Shown one piece after another: positions 8,093-17,395 of a stretch of DNA of 64,000 bases. How positions within the stretch are numbered: the first letter of the stretch is position 1; every line of letters starts with the position of its first letter. Position numbers and translations under genes: made by a program. Source of the stretch: Thermoproteota archaeon (GTDB lineage Archaea; Korarchaeota; Korarchaeia; Korarchaeales; Korarchaeaceae). A model generated the notes under the pieces. It made no database searches and was not told where the DNA came from. It worked only from the letters and a program-made list of their open reading frames with translations. The stretch spans positions 1 to 64,000 of the forward strand of contig JAOZFN010000011.1 of the NCBI GenBank assembly GCA_027492205.1. Reading direction: 5' to 3'.

Positions 8093-9081
8093 GGCTGCTC
8101 CCTCGCCAGCGACTCTATGTTGAAGAAGGCATCGGAACCCATGTCAATCAGCTCCTCGATCCTGTCGTCGCTCAGCCTCGCCACCCTTGTCTCGATCCCC
8201 TCCAGATACGTAACGAAGACCGCGGCCTCCCCCCTCGGCGCCTTCTCCAGCACGGCCATCAGGAAGTACGGGTTGTGCGTCGTGATGAAGTACTGGTTCC
8301 TATTGTCGAGGGCCACCCGCTCGGCCAGGTACTTCGTGTAGTACGGGAAGGCGTGAGCCCCCGGCTCCTCCATGGTTATCACCGCGTTCTCGTTGGACTC
8401 TATCGCCGCCAGGTGAAAGATCAGCCTCCTGAGAGTGTCGGAGACCAGGACGTAGGGGATGGACACTAAGGCACCCTCCACCTCCCTCACGATCTCTAGC
8501 CTATCCTCGTATGGCTTTATCAGGAGTCTGTAGCCGAACTCTTCTAGAATCTCAGAGATGATCTTCCTCAACTTTTTGTTCATCGTCAGGACTGAGGGCA
8601 GATTTTCCCCGGTGGGAGGTAGGAGGGACTCTTCCGCGCTCCCACGGAGGGCGACATCTCGATCGAATCTGTAGAACCTAATACTCCTCATCTCTGGAAG
8701 CGGGCTTCGAACTACTTCCCACTCCGTACTCACCAAAGGACCGGTTCTCTTTCCCGCCTTGAGCGAAAGGACAACCTTCTCCCGAGAGGAGAAGGAGACC
8801 CCTCCCCTCTCATAATTGCCCAGGATCTCACAGTCGTCGACCCTTATCCTGACCGACCTATCCACCGAATAGAGGTAAAATAGATCCTGGGGCTTTTCAA
8901 GCCTGACGTAGTCTCTAAAATCTCCAATGCCCCAACCGATGTAGGAGAGCAAGCCTAAGGCCTCGAGTACGTTGGACTTTCCCACATTTGGTGCACCTAT
9001 GAACACGTTAACCCTGGCGCACTCTATGCTGAGCGATCTGATCGATTTGAAGTTCTCTATGGAGAGGAGCCTTACAGCCAT
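8089..9081 (-). CDS. AAA_15/AAA_21 ABC ATPase
   Basis: IENFKSI, Walker A GAPNVGKS, signature-like VSDTLRR, Walker B TMEEPGAH, H-loop TTHN. Confidence 0.9.
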   Translation of the reverse strand: MAVRLLSIENFKSIRSLSIECARVNVFIGAPNVGKSNVLEALGLLSYIGWGIGDFRDYVRLEKPQDLFYLYSVDRSVRIRVDDCEILGNYERGGVSFSSREKVVLSLKAGKRTGPLVSTEWEVVRSPLPEMRSIRFYRFDRDVALRGSAEESLLPPTGENLPSVLTMNKKLRKIISEILEEFGYRLLIKPYEDRLEIVREVEGALVSIPYVLVSDTLRRLIFHLAAIESNENAVITMEEPGAHAFPYYTKYLAERVALDNRNQYFITTHNPYFLMAVLEKAPRGEAAVFVTYLEGIETRVARLSDDRIEELIDMGSDAFFNIESLAREQP

Positions 9082-9252
9082 TCCTTTCTCATCCCAAATG
9101 ATCGGCGGTCGATTATTTGTAAAAGCTATAAGTCAGGGGTCGTCCAACAGAGTCAAGCTGGGCCCCTAGCTCCTCTCGGTAGACTTGTGGGGCGGCTCTG
9201 AGGGATAACCCTCTCCTCTTGTGAAATCGGATCTTGGAAACTCTGATTGGGG

Positions 9253-9504
9253 TCAGGCCGAATCCGCGTGGGCCTCTCTAAGGATGAGTTCGGCCACCTC
9301 CTTCCTCTCGCTGGCAAGGTCGACTAGGGCCTTCAGCAGGCCCCTCTTCGACGCCTCCCAGATCTCCAGAACGGCTATTCTCCCCTCCTTGTCGAGTCCC
9401 AGGACGACGTCGCTGTCCAGCAGCTCCTCGTCCTTGATGGCGCCCTCCCTGAGCTTGATGACCAGGATATCTGCCTTCGGATCGTACCTGATGATCAGAT
9501 CCAC
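9253..9504 (-). CDS. DUF2283 family antitoxin
   Basis: IRYDPKADILVIKL...DVVLGLDKEGRIAVLEI. Confidence 0.9.
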   Translation of the reverse strand: MDLIIRYDPKADILVIKLREGAIKDEELLDSDVVLGLDKEGRIAVLEIWEASKRGLLKALVDLASERKEVAELILREAHADSA

Positions 9505-9767
9505 CTTCCAGCCCTCCTCCTTCTCCTCACCACATCTCTGAGCCGGCTGCTGTATATTACGGTTATCACGGTCTCTTCGCGACCAGACCTCTCGTATGTG
9601 ACTGCGACGTTGCGGCCCCAGCTGATGGCCACAAACCTAGCGGTTAGGGTGTCATAGAGCAGATCATCAGGGTTCTCCAGAATTTCCTCGACGACCCGTT
9701 CGGTGATGCCGAGCCTCTCGAGTTCGGTCCTTATTTTGTCTCTGGCGTGGTTCGTGAAGGTCGTCAT
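9495..9767 (-). CDS. DUF4258 (RelE-fold) toxin
   Basis: FTNHARDKI...GIT...EILENPD...VITVI; overlaps the DUF2283 gene. Confidence 0.85.
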   Translation of the reverse strand: MTTFTNHARDKIRTELERLGITERVVEEILENPDDLLYDTLTARFVAISWGRNVAVTYERSGREETVITVIYSSRLRDVVRRRRRAGRWI

Positions 9768-9811
9768 CAGACCACCCTCGGCGCGCCCCCAGGATCACTT
9801 CGGCCCGTTTT

Positions 9812-10003
9812 TTACGTCGGTCTGGCCCTGCTCTCGGGGGAGTACGACCCGTACGCCCGTCCCTCCCTCGCCACCTCGTCGTACGGCCTGATCTTCTCGA
9901 CCTTGAGATCCTCCTCAGCCTCCCTCATGGCGGGGAGCAGTTCTCGATCCTCCAGAACCTCGAGCGTCTCTAAGAGTTCCTCGAGGAGCGAGCTTACCCT
10001 CAT
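9812..10003 (-). pseudogene. Orphan Phd/RelB-like antitoxin C-terminal remnant
   Basis: LEELLETLEVLEDRELLPAMREAEEDLKVEKIRPYDEV; no cognate toxin adjacent. Confidence 0.6.
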
Positions 10004-10169
10004 GAGCAGGCACCTGTCCCTGCCTGTGAGTAGGGCGCTAAGGGTCCATCTCAGACCTCACAGCAACCTTCTGGTCTCTCCATTGAAAAGTGAACGGGGC
10101 GCTAAATCATTTCAGCGGGTGAGGAGGCGACACGGAGATATCTTAGACACGACTTCAGGTCTGGGGCAG

Positions 10170-10364
10170 CTACTCCTCCTGGAGTTCCCTCTTCAGCTCC
10201 TCCCAGGAGATGGACTCCCCCTCAAGCGCCTCCTTAACGGCTCTCCTGAGGTCCTCAAGCTCCTCCTCTGACAGCTCGACCTTCGGCAGCATCGCCCTCC
10301 TGAGGAGGTACACCTCCCGCCTGAGCTCCTCGACCTCCCTCTTCAGCTCCTCTAGCTCCGACAA
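10170..10364 (-). CDS. Orphan archaeal RelB-like antitoxin
   Basis: Short acidic helical protein, PKVELSEEE...EGESISWEELKREL; no toxin downstream. Confidence 0.65.
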   Translation of the reverse strand: MSELEELKREVEELRREVYLLRRAMLPKVELSEEELEDLRRAVKEALEGESISWEELKRELQEE

Positions 10365-10715
10365 GGCATTCTCCTAGAGAGGGGTTATCGTGACGAACAA
10401 GAAGGTTGAGTCGCGCATCGGCGCTGTAGTCAGTCTTGTTGTTCTAAGAAACGACGACTACGGGCGGCCTGAGATCCTCTGATGACCTCAACGTGGCCCG
10501 GGAGTTCCATAGACCTAGCTAGGCTAAGGGTAAATCATCAGATTAACTCGATGTTCAAATCCGGAAGAGAGGTTGGGCAGGCTAATCGAGCTTGGCCTCG
10601 TCGACTCCTTCGCGTCCAGCAGGTTGGGCCTCAGAGACTGGGGGTAGACGATTCGTCCATACGGGTCGTTCCCCCGGGATAAATATGGTCTAGAAACCCT
10701 GTTCCTGGATCTACC

Positions 10716-11921
10716 TTGAAGTCTGGGGTAGTGCTGGCGGTCGTCGCCCTGGCGCTCGCTGGCTCTGCCATCCTCTTCCTGACCCTGCACCAGCGTCCAG
10801 CCCCGTCCCCAACCCCGACTCCAACTCCCGCCCCATCGGGAGAGAGTTCTCCGATCCAGGTGAGCCCGCCGGTCATCCCCATGACCCCCAAGCCGGGCAA
10901 GAGGGCGGAGGGACACGCGCAGGTGTCGAACGTCGCCGATCACTCCGTGTCCGTCCAGGCGCGGGTGGAGGGAGTCGAGGGAAGCGTGACGCCAGACTCC
11001 TTCGGCCTGAGCCCCGGGGACGCGGTGGAGGTCACGGTCGAGACAACCCTGCCTCCTAGGAAGGCCATATCTTCGGGGAGCTACTTCCTCGTGCTCGACT
11101 ACGGCTCGGGGGAGGTCAGGGTGCCCCTCCAGTACCCCGTCCCTGGCCAGACCCCTGCTCCCGGGGAGGGCGTAGGCGAGAGCGAGGGAGAGGGAGAAGA
11201 AGGGGGAGGCCAGGGTCAGGGCGCTCCTAGCGAGGAGGTCGGGGAGGTCGAAGCATCTGCTGAGAGCCTGTGGCTCCAGATAACCCTGGAGCTGACGATA
11301 ACTGGCGGGGGATCCTCCACGATCTCCGCGGGGGACGTAACGACCCACGCTAAGGGGTCGGTGGTGAGAGAGGAGACGCTCATCCTCACCGTGAACCTGA
11401 TCCGCATGGCGGGCAACACGTACGGCGGGAGGGGGACGCTCGAACTCCAAGGGCTCTACGTGAACGCGCAGAACCACATCAAGATGGTGTCGCCGGAGGG
11501 AGAGTGCAACACGAACCAGACGTACCAGTACAGCTACAGCGGGAGCTGGGAGGTGCTCGTGTACGTGGTGCTCGACGACAGTGGGAGGATAGTCGAGCTC
11601 GACGTCAACAACCTGCCGGAGTCGAAGAACCGCACGCCCGACTCCTTCGACGTTCCAGGGGACTTCAAGTCGGTCTGCGTCGTCAACGGCGTCTACGCGA
11701 GCAACTCCGGGCCCCTACCCTCCAAGCTCATCGGGGCCTACTTGGAGGAGCACATCGAGTCCCTCGTGGAGTGGGTCGGCCCGCTGGAGTCCGGCGTTTA
11801 CCAGGTCAGCGCTAGCTACCACGGACCTTGGCAGGGTCTCGAGGCCCTGATGCCGCTGCTCCCAGACGATGTGTCGTTCCGCGTGGCGGGCACGGCCTCG
11901 GTGGTCCTCACCCCCTCCTGA
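10716..11921 (+). CDS. Secreted/membrane-anchored protein with Pro-Thr linker, Ig-like domain and beta-rich C-terminal domain (paralog A)
   Basis: N-terminal signal anchor, PSPTPTPTP linker, Gly/Glu linker, Cys pair; colinear with 16188-17331. Confidence 0.8.
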   Translation: MKSGVVLAVVALALAGSAILFLTLHQRPAPSPTPTPTPAPSGESSPIQVSPPVIPMTPKPGKRAEGHAQVSNVADHSVSVQARVEGVEGSVTPDSFGLSPGDAVEVTVETTLPPRKAISSGSYFLVLDYGSGEVRVPLQYPVPGQTPAPGEGVGESEGEGEEGGGQGQGAPSEEVGEVEASAESLWLQITLELTITGGGSSTISAGDVTTHAKGSVVREETLILTVNLIRMAGNTYGGRGTLELQGLYVNAQNHIKMVSPEGECNTNQTYQYSYSGSWEVLVYVVLDDSGRIVELDVNNLPESKNRTPDSFDVPGDFKSVCVVNGVYASNSGPLPSKLIGAYLEEHIESLVEWVGPLESGVYQVSASYHGPWQGLEALMPLLPDDVSFRVAGTASVVLTPS

Positions 11922-12087
11922 ACGGTCCGGCGAGGAATCCGGAGGCGGGCTCGTACAAGGCCCCACAGCATCGGGAGTTCTAGTCTTGACCGCAGGCCCT
12001 CGCCCATCTCCGGCCTTTTTCACCTCCAGATGACTCCTTCCAAGTCTCGACGGGCTCCCTCTCGGTCCCCGCGAACGGAGCTGAGGT

Positions 12088-12220
12088 TTATTGATATGGT
12101 AGCATTTTGTGAGTTAGCGTGGGATCTATTGACAGTAGGCTGTACAGGTCCTCTAGGTCGTGCTCGATGCCGAGCGCCTCAAGGATCGAGCGATCTATGC
12201 TCCTCCTAACCGTTCCGTGC
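12088..12220 (-). pseudogene. Short gene remnant, possibly the C-terminus of a type IIG restriction-modification protein
   Basis: VRRSIDRSILEALG...LEDLY resembles the RRxLDxxV/ILEALG...Y tail of such enzymes; lower GC. Confidence 0.3.
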
Positions 12221-12377
12221 GCGCGGAGGGGGGATTCCCGCGCGGCTGAGAAGTTAGCTCGTGGAGCGGCAGAGGCCCTCTGGGCACGGGGCGCTGGCTC
12301 CACGAAACCTCGCGGAGCGACCCGGACCCGCGCCAGGTCGGTGGATATTTATTCCACCGCGGGCTGGTAGGGGGAAG

Positions 12378-12761
12378 ATGAAACCAGTCGATTGGTTGGA
12401 GAGGGCAAAGAAGTTCCTGAGATCCGCTCAGAGGAACCTGGAGGCCGGCGACTACGAGATAGCGTGCTTTGACTCCCACCAGGCCGCAGAGCTGGCCCTG
12501 AAGGGACTCCACATAAGCAGGTTCGGCTCGAGGCCGTACACCCACGACCTCATCGCCCTGGCCGAGCCCCTCGGCTTCAGCCACGAGTTCCTACTCGCCC
12601 TCACGTCGTTCTACGCGCCCTCCAGGTACCCCGAGTCCGCGGTGACCTTCAACGAGGGGGTGGCGAGGAGGTGCGTCGAGACGGCCAGGGAGGTGCTCAA
12701 ATTTGTTGAGAGAGAGCTTGAGAAGGAGGCTGGAGGGCTTCGCCGAGAGGGTCGCCGGTAG
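12378..12761 (+). CDS. HEPN domain protein
   Basis: WLERAKKFL...ACFDSHQAAELALKG...THDL...SRYP. Confidence 0.92.
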   Translation: MKPVDWLERAKKFLRSAQRNLEAGDYEIACFDSHQAAELALKGLHISRFGSRPYTHDLIALAEPLGFSHEFLLALTSFYAPSRYPESAVTFNEGVARRCVETAREVLKFVERELEKEAGGLRREGRR

Positions 12762-13125
12762 GTACGGCAGGGCGCTCGTGATAGTCTTCGGCAGCAGGGT
12801 CAGGGGGGAGGATTACGCGTCCAGCGACACCGACATCCTCGTGGCCCTCGAGAGGGCGACCCTGGAGGACCTGATATGGCTGGCGAGGGAGGCCAGGAGC
12901 TTGGGAGTCCCCTCCCCAGAGATCCACCTGTACTCCTTCGAGCGGCTGGTGGAGTTTGAGGGGAACCCGGTCGTCATGGACGCCGTCCTGGAGGGGGTCC
13001 CCCTAGTCGACACCGAGGGGCTGGCGGATCGCCTGAGGAGATCCGTAACTCAATACGCTAGGGAGAGGGGGATCGTGAGGACCAGGACAGGTTGGTGGCC
13101 CTCCGAGCACGCGGGGGATTGTTGA
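12703..13125 (+). CDS. Minimal nucleotidyltransferase (MNT), partner of HEPN
   Basis: VFGSRVRG...SDTDILV. Confidence 0.92.
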   Translation: MLRESLRRRLEGFAERVAGRYGRALVIVFGSRVRGEDYASSDTDILVALERATLEDLIWLAREARSLGVPSPEIHLYSFERLVEFEGNPVVMDAVLEGVPLVDTEGLADRLRRSVTQYARERGIVRTRTGWWPSEHAGDC

Positions 13126-13187
13126 CACCCCTTGAGGGGGCCCGAGGGAATATTAGGTTCCGCCCCGAGGTCGCCCGGTGCCGCCGG

Positions 13188-13979
13188 ATGGGCTTCCCCG
13201 AGGTGATCACCTATAGGCCGATCGGGGTGATCAGGTCCCCGTTCTCCTCCCCGCCGGGCACCCCCATACAGCCGGCGGCCGCCGAGGGGGTGGAAGGCAC
13301 GGTTGAGGTCTTCCCCGAGTACGAGGAGGGCCTGAGGGACCTGGAGGGCTTCTCTCACGTTATCCTGATATACCACTTCCACCTGGCAGGGGAGCCCAGG
13401 CTCCTGGTCAGGCCCTTCATGGACGACCGCCTCAGGGGGGTGTTCGCCACCAGGGCCCCCTCGAGGCCGAACCCCATCGGGCTCTCCGTGGTGAGGCTGG
13501 CCTCAGTCGAGGGCAGGTTCCTCAGGGTGCTGGACATAGACGTGGTGGACGGTACCCCCCTGCTCGACCTGAAGCCCTACGTTCCCGAGTTCGACGTTAG
13601 GAGGGTCGACTCGGTCGGCTGGCTGGAGGGGAAGTCGGGGAGGCTGCGCGAGGTAAGGGACGACGGGAGGTTCGCCGGGATTCAGTCCGCGAGTGGGCGC
13701 GGGCGGCGGGCCGGTCTTCGCTCCGGGCCAGGTGGAGACCGCCGGGGTGGCCGGGCTAACCTTGGAGCGGGTCCGACGCGAAGCGGTCGGCGGGTTCTCC
13801 ATGGGAGGTTTATAGGCTGGCCCTCGACGCCCGCGCGGGAAGTGAAGGGAGGACGGTTAGCCCGGCCGACGTCCTGCTCTACCTGCTGGCCGCCGCGGCC
13901 GCCTCCCAGGTCGCCGTCAGGGTGCTCTCCAAGGTGGTCAGGAGGAGGATCCAGACCAGGGACCCCGCCGTTCTCCTGA
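13188..13979 (+). CDS. tsaA: tRNA (t6A37) N6-methyltransferase TrmO/TsaA; frame stays open ~100 codons past the conserved end (~13675)
   Basis: PIGVIRSPF, LEGFSH, GVFATRAPSRPNPIGLS, DGTPLLDLKPY, DDGRF. Confidence 0.9.
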   Translation: MGFPEVITYRPIGVIRSPFSSPPGTPIQPAAAEGVEGTVEVFPEYEEGLRDLEGFSHVILIYHFHLAGEPRLLVRPFMDDRLRGVFATRAPSRPNPIGLSVVRLASVEGRFLRVLDIDVVDGTPLLDLKPYVPEFDVRRVDSVGWLEGKSGRLREVRDDGRFAGIQSASGRGRRAGLRSGPGGDRRGGRANLGAGPTRSGRRVLHGRFIGWPSTPAREVKGGRLARPTSCSTCWPPRPPPRSPSGCSPRWSGGGSRPGTPPFS

Positions 13980-14608
13980 GGCTCCTTGACAGCAGGGTCA
14001 GGCTGGCCCTGCAGCCCCCGGAGGTCGTGGTCGACAGGTCAGGGGTGGGGGAGGGGATGGCGGTCCTCGACCTGGGGTGCGGCGTCGGGACCCTCACGAT
14101 CCCGCTGGCCAGGGCGGTCGGACCGGCGGGTATGGTGTACGCGGTGGACCTGAACGGGAGATCCCTCGAGGTCCTCCGGAGAAAGCTGGAGAGGCCGGAG
14201 AACTCCGACGTCAGGGGGAGGATAGAGACGCTGCGCGCCTCCGCGACGGACCTCCCCCTGAAGGACGGCTCGATCGACGCCTGCGTCGCCGTGGCCGTGA
14301 TCCAGGAGATACCCGACAGGGTGAGGGCGCTCAGGGAGGTGTGGAGGGTCCTGAGGCCTGGGGGCACCCTGGCGGTCTTCGAGGTCCTGCTGGATCCGGA
14401 CTACGCCCTCAGGTCCACCACCGTCAGGCTGGGGGAAGAGGCGGGGTTCGAGGTGGACGCCGTCCTGGGGAACTTCTGGAGCTACACCGTCAGGTTCAGC
14501 AAGCCGCGCTCCGGGTCGGAGGGGTCGAGTTGGGGCGAGTTTCGACCGGTCGGCTCAGGGGGGAAGAAGCTCGAGAGCCGCCGACTCCCACACCCTCGGG
14601 ATCGGTGA
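13856..14608 (+). CDS. Class I SAM-dependent methyltransferase with N-terminal hydrophobic segment
   Basis: VLDLGCGVG, YAVD, VLRPGG. The frame extends upstream of GTG 13922 to GTT 13856, just after GGAGG. Confidence 0.88.
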   Translation, partial: VSPADVLLYLLAAAAASQVAVRVLSKVVRRRIQTRDPAVLLRLLDSRVRLALQPPEVVVDRSGVGEGMAVLDLGCGVGTLTIPLARAVGPAGMVYAVDLNGRSLEVLRRKLERPENSDVRGRIETLRASATDLPLKDGSIDACVAVAVIQEIPDRVRALREVWRVLRPGGTLAVFEVLLDPDYALRSTTVRLGEEAGFEVDAVLGNFWSYTVRFSKPRSGSEGSSWGEFRPVGSGGKKLESRRLPHPRDR

Positions 14609-14668
14609 GTCGGCCGCGCTCCCTGGTAGACTTTTAAGTAATACTTTAGGTTATACATAGGGTGCGAC

Positions 14669-14905
14669 TTGGTGAGCGACGTGGTTAGCTTCAAGGTCAG
14701 GAGGGAGATAAAGCGGAAGATGGACAGGTACAGGGGCGAGATAAACTGGAGCGAGGAACTCAGGAGGTTCGTCGAGGCCAGGATAAGGGAGTTGGAGGCC
14801 AGAGAGAACCTGAGGCGCGTCGTGGAAGAGCTCTCAAGGGCTGGCTGGAGCGTGCCCAGGGGGTTCGCCACCTCTTCGGTGAGGGAGGACCGTGATAGTC
14901 GTTGA
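14669..14905 (+). CDS. vapB: VapB antitoxin (RHH-type)
   Basis: SDVVSFKV...INWSEELRRFVE...SVREDRD; overlaps vapC. Confidence 0.88.
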   Translation: MVSDVVSFKVRREIKRKMDRYRGEINWSEELRRFVEARIRELEARENLRRVVEELSRAGWSVPRGFATSSVREDRDSR

Positions 14906-15290
14906 CGCTTCGGCCCTGACGGCGTTCGTCCTGAGGGAGGAGGGCTGGGAGACCATCGCCGGACACCTGACCGTGGCCTCCTCGGTGGAGGATGTCGCCA
15001 AGGAGGTCTCGAATGCCATATGGAAGGCCTGCCTGCTGAGGGGATTCATCTCCGTGGAAGATGCGACGAGGGCGCACGGGATCCTCCAGTCCATGCTGGC
15101 CAAGAACATCAGGCTCTACAGAAGCGTGGATCTGCTGGACGACGCCTTCAAAATATCGCTCCAGCACAGGCTGACGGTCTATGACTCCGTCTACCTGGCC
15201 CTGGCGCTGAGGGAGGGGGCCGACCTCCTGACCCTGGATGAGGGGCAGGCGGGTGTGGCAGAGGAGCTCGGCATACGCGTGATCCCGTAG
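14892..15290 (+). CDS. vapC: VapC PIN-domain toxin
   Basis: VVDAS, KEVSNA, VYDSVY, LTLD (all four acidic residues present). Confidence 0.93.
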   Translation: MIVVDASALTAFVLREEGWETIAGHLTVASSVEDVAKEVSNAIWKACLLRGFISVEDATRAHGILQSMLAKNIRLYRSVDLLDDAFKISLQHRLTVYDSVYLALALREGADLLTLDEGQAGVAEELGIRVIP

Positions 15291-15443
15291 CCCCCGAGAT
15301 GTCGAGGCACAATGAAGCCGCCGCTAGGCGGTAATTGTCAATAATCTGTGCGTTGGAGACGATCAGCGCATGTGAGGGCCTCAACCGCAGGACGGTGCGG
15401 CCGCCATAAATTTCTCCCCGAGGGGGCTGAGTGGGTGCCACGC

Positions 15444-16016
15444 ATGAGGTCCTACAACTTCAACCTCGCGCTGGGGATCCTCCCGTTCATCCTCGCGTTC
15501 GCGCTCATAGCCCTATCGATCAACACCTATCCCGGGTTCAGCTTCAGGAGAAACGCCCTCAGCGATCTGGGCCACGCCACGAAGAGCCCCGCCGCCGTGG
15601 CCTTCAACCTCGGGCTCCAGACCGCTGGCTTCCTGACGGCCTGCTACGCTCTGACGCTCGTCAGGAGGACGTTCCCGCTGACCGGCTGGTCCCTGGTGGT
15701 CTCGGCGTACCTCCTGCAGCTGGTGGCGGTTTTCGACGAGGTCTACGGGGCGGTGCACTTCCTGGTGTCGGCCCTCTTCTTCCTGTCCCTGCTCGCCGCC
15801 GCCCTGGTTCACTCCTATGAGGCAAGGTCCGCGCTTCCCGCCTTCATGGGGGCCGTTGGTGCCCTGGCCTGGCTCGCCTTCTGGCTTGGGCCCTTTGAGT
15901 GGGGAGTTGCCGCCCCTGAGACCGTCTCCGTCGCGGCCACCTTCGCCTGGTACGTCAGGATGGCCTCAGAAGTCGCGTCGGAGGCGGCCAACGCCAGCGG
16001 AGGAAGCCCCCGCTAG
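15444..16016 (+). CDS. DUF998 family membrane protein
   Basis: NALSDLG, FNLGL, LVAVFDEVYGAVH, APE; ~6 TM segments. Confidence 0.85.
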   Translation: MRSYNFNLALGILPFILAFALIALSINTYPGFSFRRNALSDLGHATKSPAAVAFNLGLQTAGFLTACYALTLVRRTFPLTGWSLVVSAYLLQLVAVFDEVYGAVHFLVSALFFLSLLAAALVHSYEARSALPAFMGAVGALAWLAFWLGPFEWGVAAPETVSVAATFAWYVRMASEVASEAANASGGSPR

Positions 16017-16187
16017 GGGGCTAGTGGGCCACGTGGTCGCCCGAGGGACCCCGGCGCGCCCCACCTAGGATTGACTCGATCTCGTCTCACCATAGGGGGA
16101 CGCAGCCGCGCAGAAGTAGACGATTTGTCCATACGGGCCGTTCCCTCGATATAAATATGGTCCATCGGCCCTAAGCTCGGGTTCACC

Positions 16188-17331
16188 TTGAAGTCCGGCG
16201 TGCTGCTGGCGGTAGTCGTACTGGCGCTGGTGGGGGCCGCGCGGGACCCCCTCCCCGATCGACATGGGTGGGATTCCCCCAATCTCCGTGGATCCTCCGA
16301 CCACCCCGATGAGCCCCAAGCCCGGCAGGAGGGCCGAGGGTCGCGCGCTGGTCCCCAACCTGGGCTCCGACGAACTCCATGTGCAGGCGTGGGTTGAGGG
16401 GGTTTATGGCACAGTCGATCCGAGCACGTTCAGCCTCAGCGGGGGAGAGGCCATCGAAGTCACGGTCGAGACCGCTCTCCCGCCCAGGAACGAGCTGTCG
16501 TCGGGGAAGTACTTCCTCGTACTTGACTGGGGACCCGACCAGCTGAGGGTCCCGCTCCTGTACCCTGAGCCGGATCAGGCGGGTCCTGGGGGCGTCGGCG
16601 AGACGGGAGGGGAGACCGGCGGGGCCGCGGAGGGGCTTGGAGCCGAGGCGGGCGAGGGGGAGGGGTCGGCGCCGGAGACGCTGTGGCTTGAGATAGACCT
16701 CGGGCTCAAGGTGATCGGCTCCGGATCCTCGACGACGACGGCTGGAGTGGCGACCACCGCCGCCTCGGGCGAGGTGCTCAGGGAGGAGGTGCTCGTGCTC
16801 AGGGTGAACCTGACTAGGGTGGCCGGGAGGACATACCAGGGGGTGGGGACGCTGGAGCTCAGGAGGATCTACGTGACTGCCACGAACAGGGTGATAATGA
16901 CGTCGCCGGAGACGCAGTGCAACTCGACCATCGCGTACGAGTACAGCGGGGACGGGTCCTGGGACATCCTGGTCTACGCGATGCTCGACGAACGTGGGAG
17001 GATAGTCGAGATCGACGTCAACAGCCTTCCCGACTCGACGAATCCCGTGCCGGCCTCCATCGAGATTCCCGGGAGTTCCGTGACGACCTGCGTCTCTCAC
17101 GGCCGCGCGGTCACCACCTCCGGCGAGAGCAGCAAGCTGATCGGGGCCTACTTCGAGGAGCACATAGAGTCGCTGGTCGACTGGGTCGGACCGCTGGAGC
17201 CCGGGACCCACGAGTTCTCAGACTACTACGAGGTCTCCTGGCAGGGACTCGAGGCGCTCCTCGAGTGCATGCCCGAGGACAGGTCCTTCACCCTCGGCGG
17301 AATAGTCACCCTCGCCCTCGCGTCTCCCTAG
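16188..17331 (+). pseudogene. Paralog B of the 10716 secreted protein; signal anchor disconnected by a deletion/frameshift near 16242
   Basis: MKSGVLLAVVVLAL (16188) is out of frame with the body (ORF 16264-17331). Shared blocks include PKPG, LWL.I.L.L, GRIVE.DVN.LP.S and SKLIGAY.EEHIESLV.WVGPLE. Confidence 0.8.
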
Positions 17332-17395
17332 GGACTTGGGGCCCCCTCGCGAGCCCTGATGGCCCCGGTGAGGAGAGCGCCAGGGGCGCCGGCCG

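Noticed and set aside
13680-13979. C-terminal extension of TsaA as a fused domain
   Set aside because: Low-complexity Gly/Arg read-through over the next gene's promoter (GGTTTATA ~13808) and start; more likely a lost stop.
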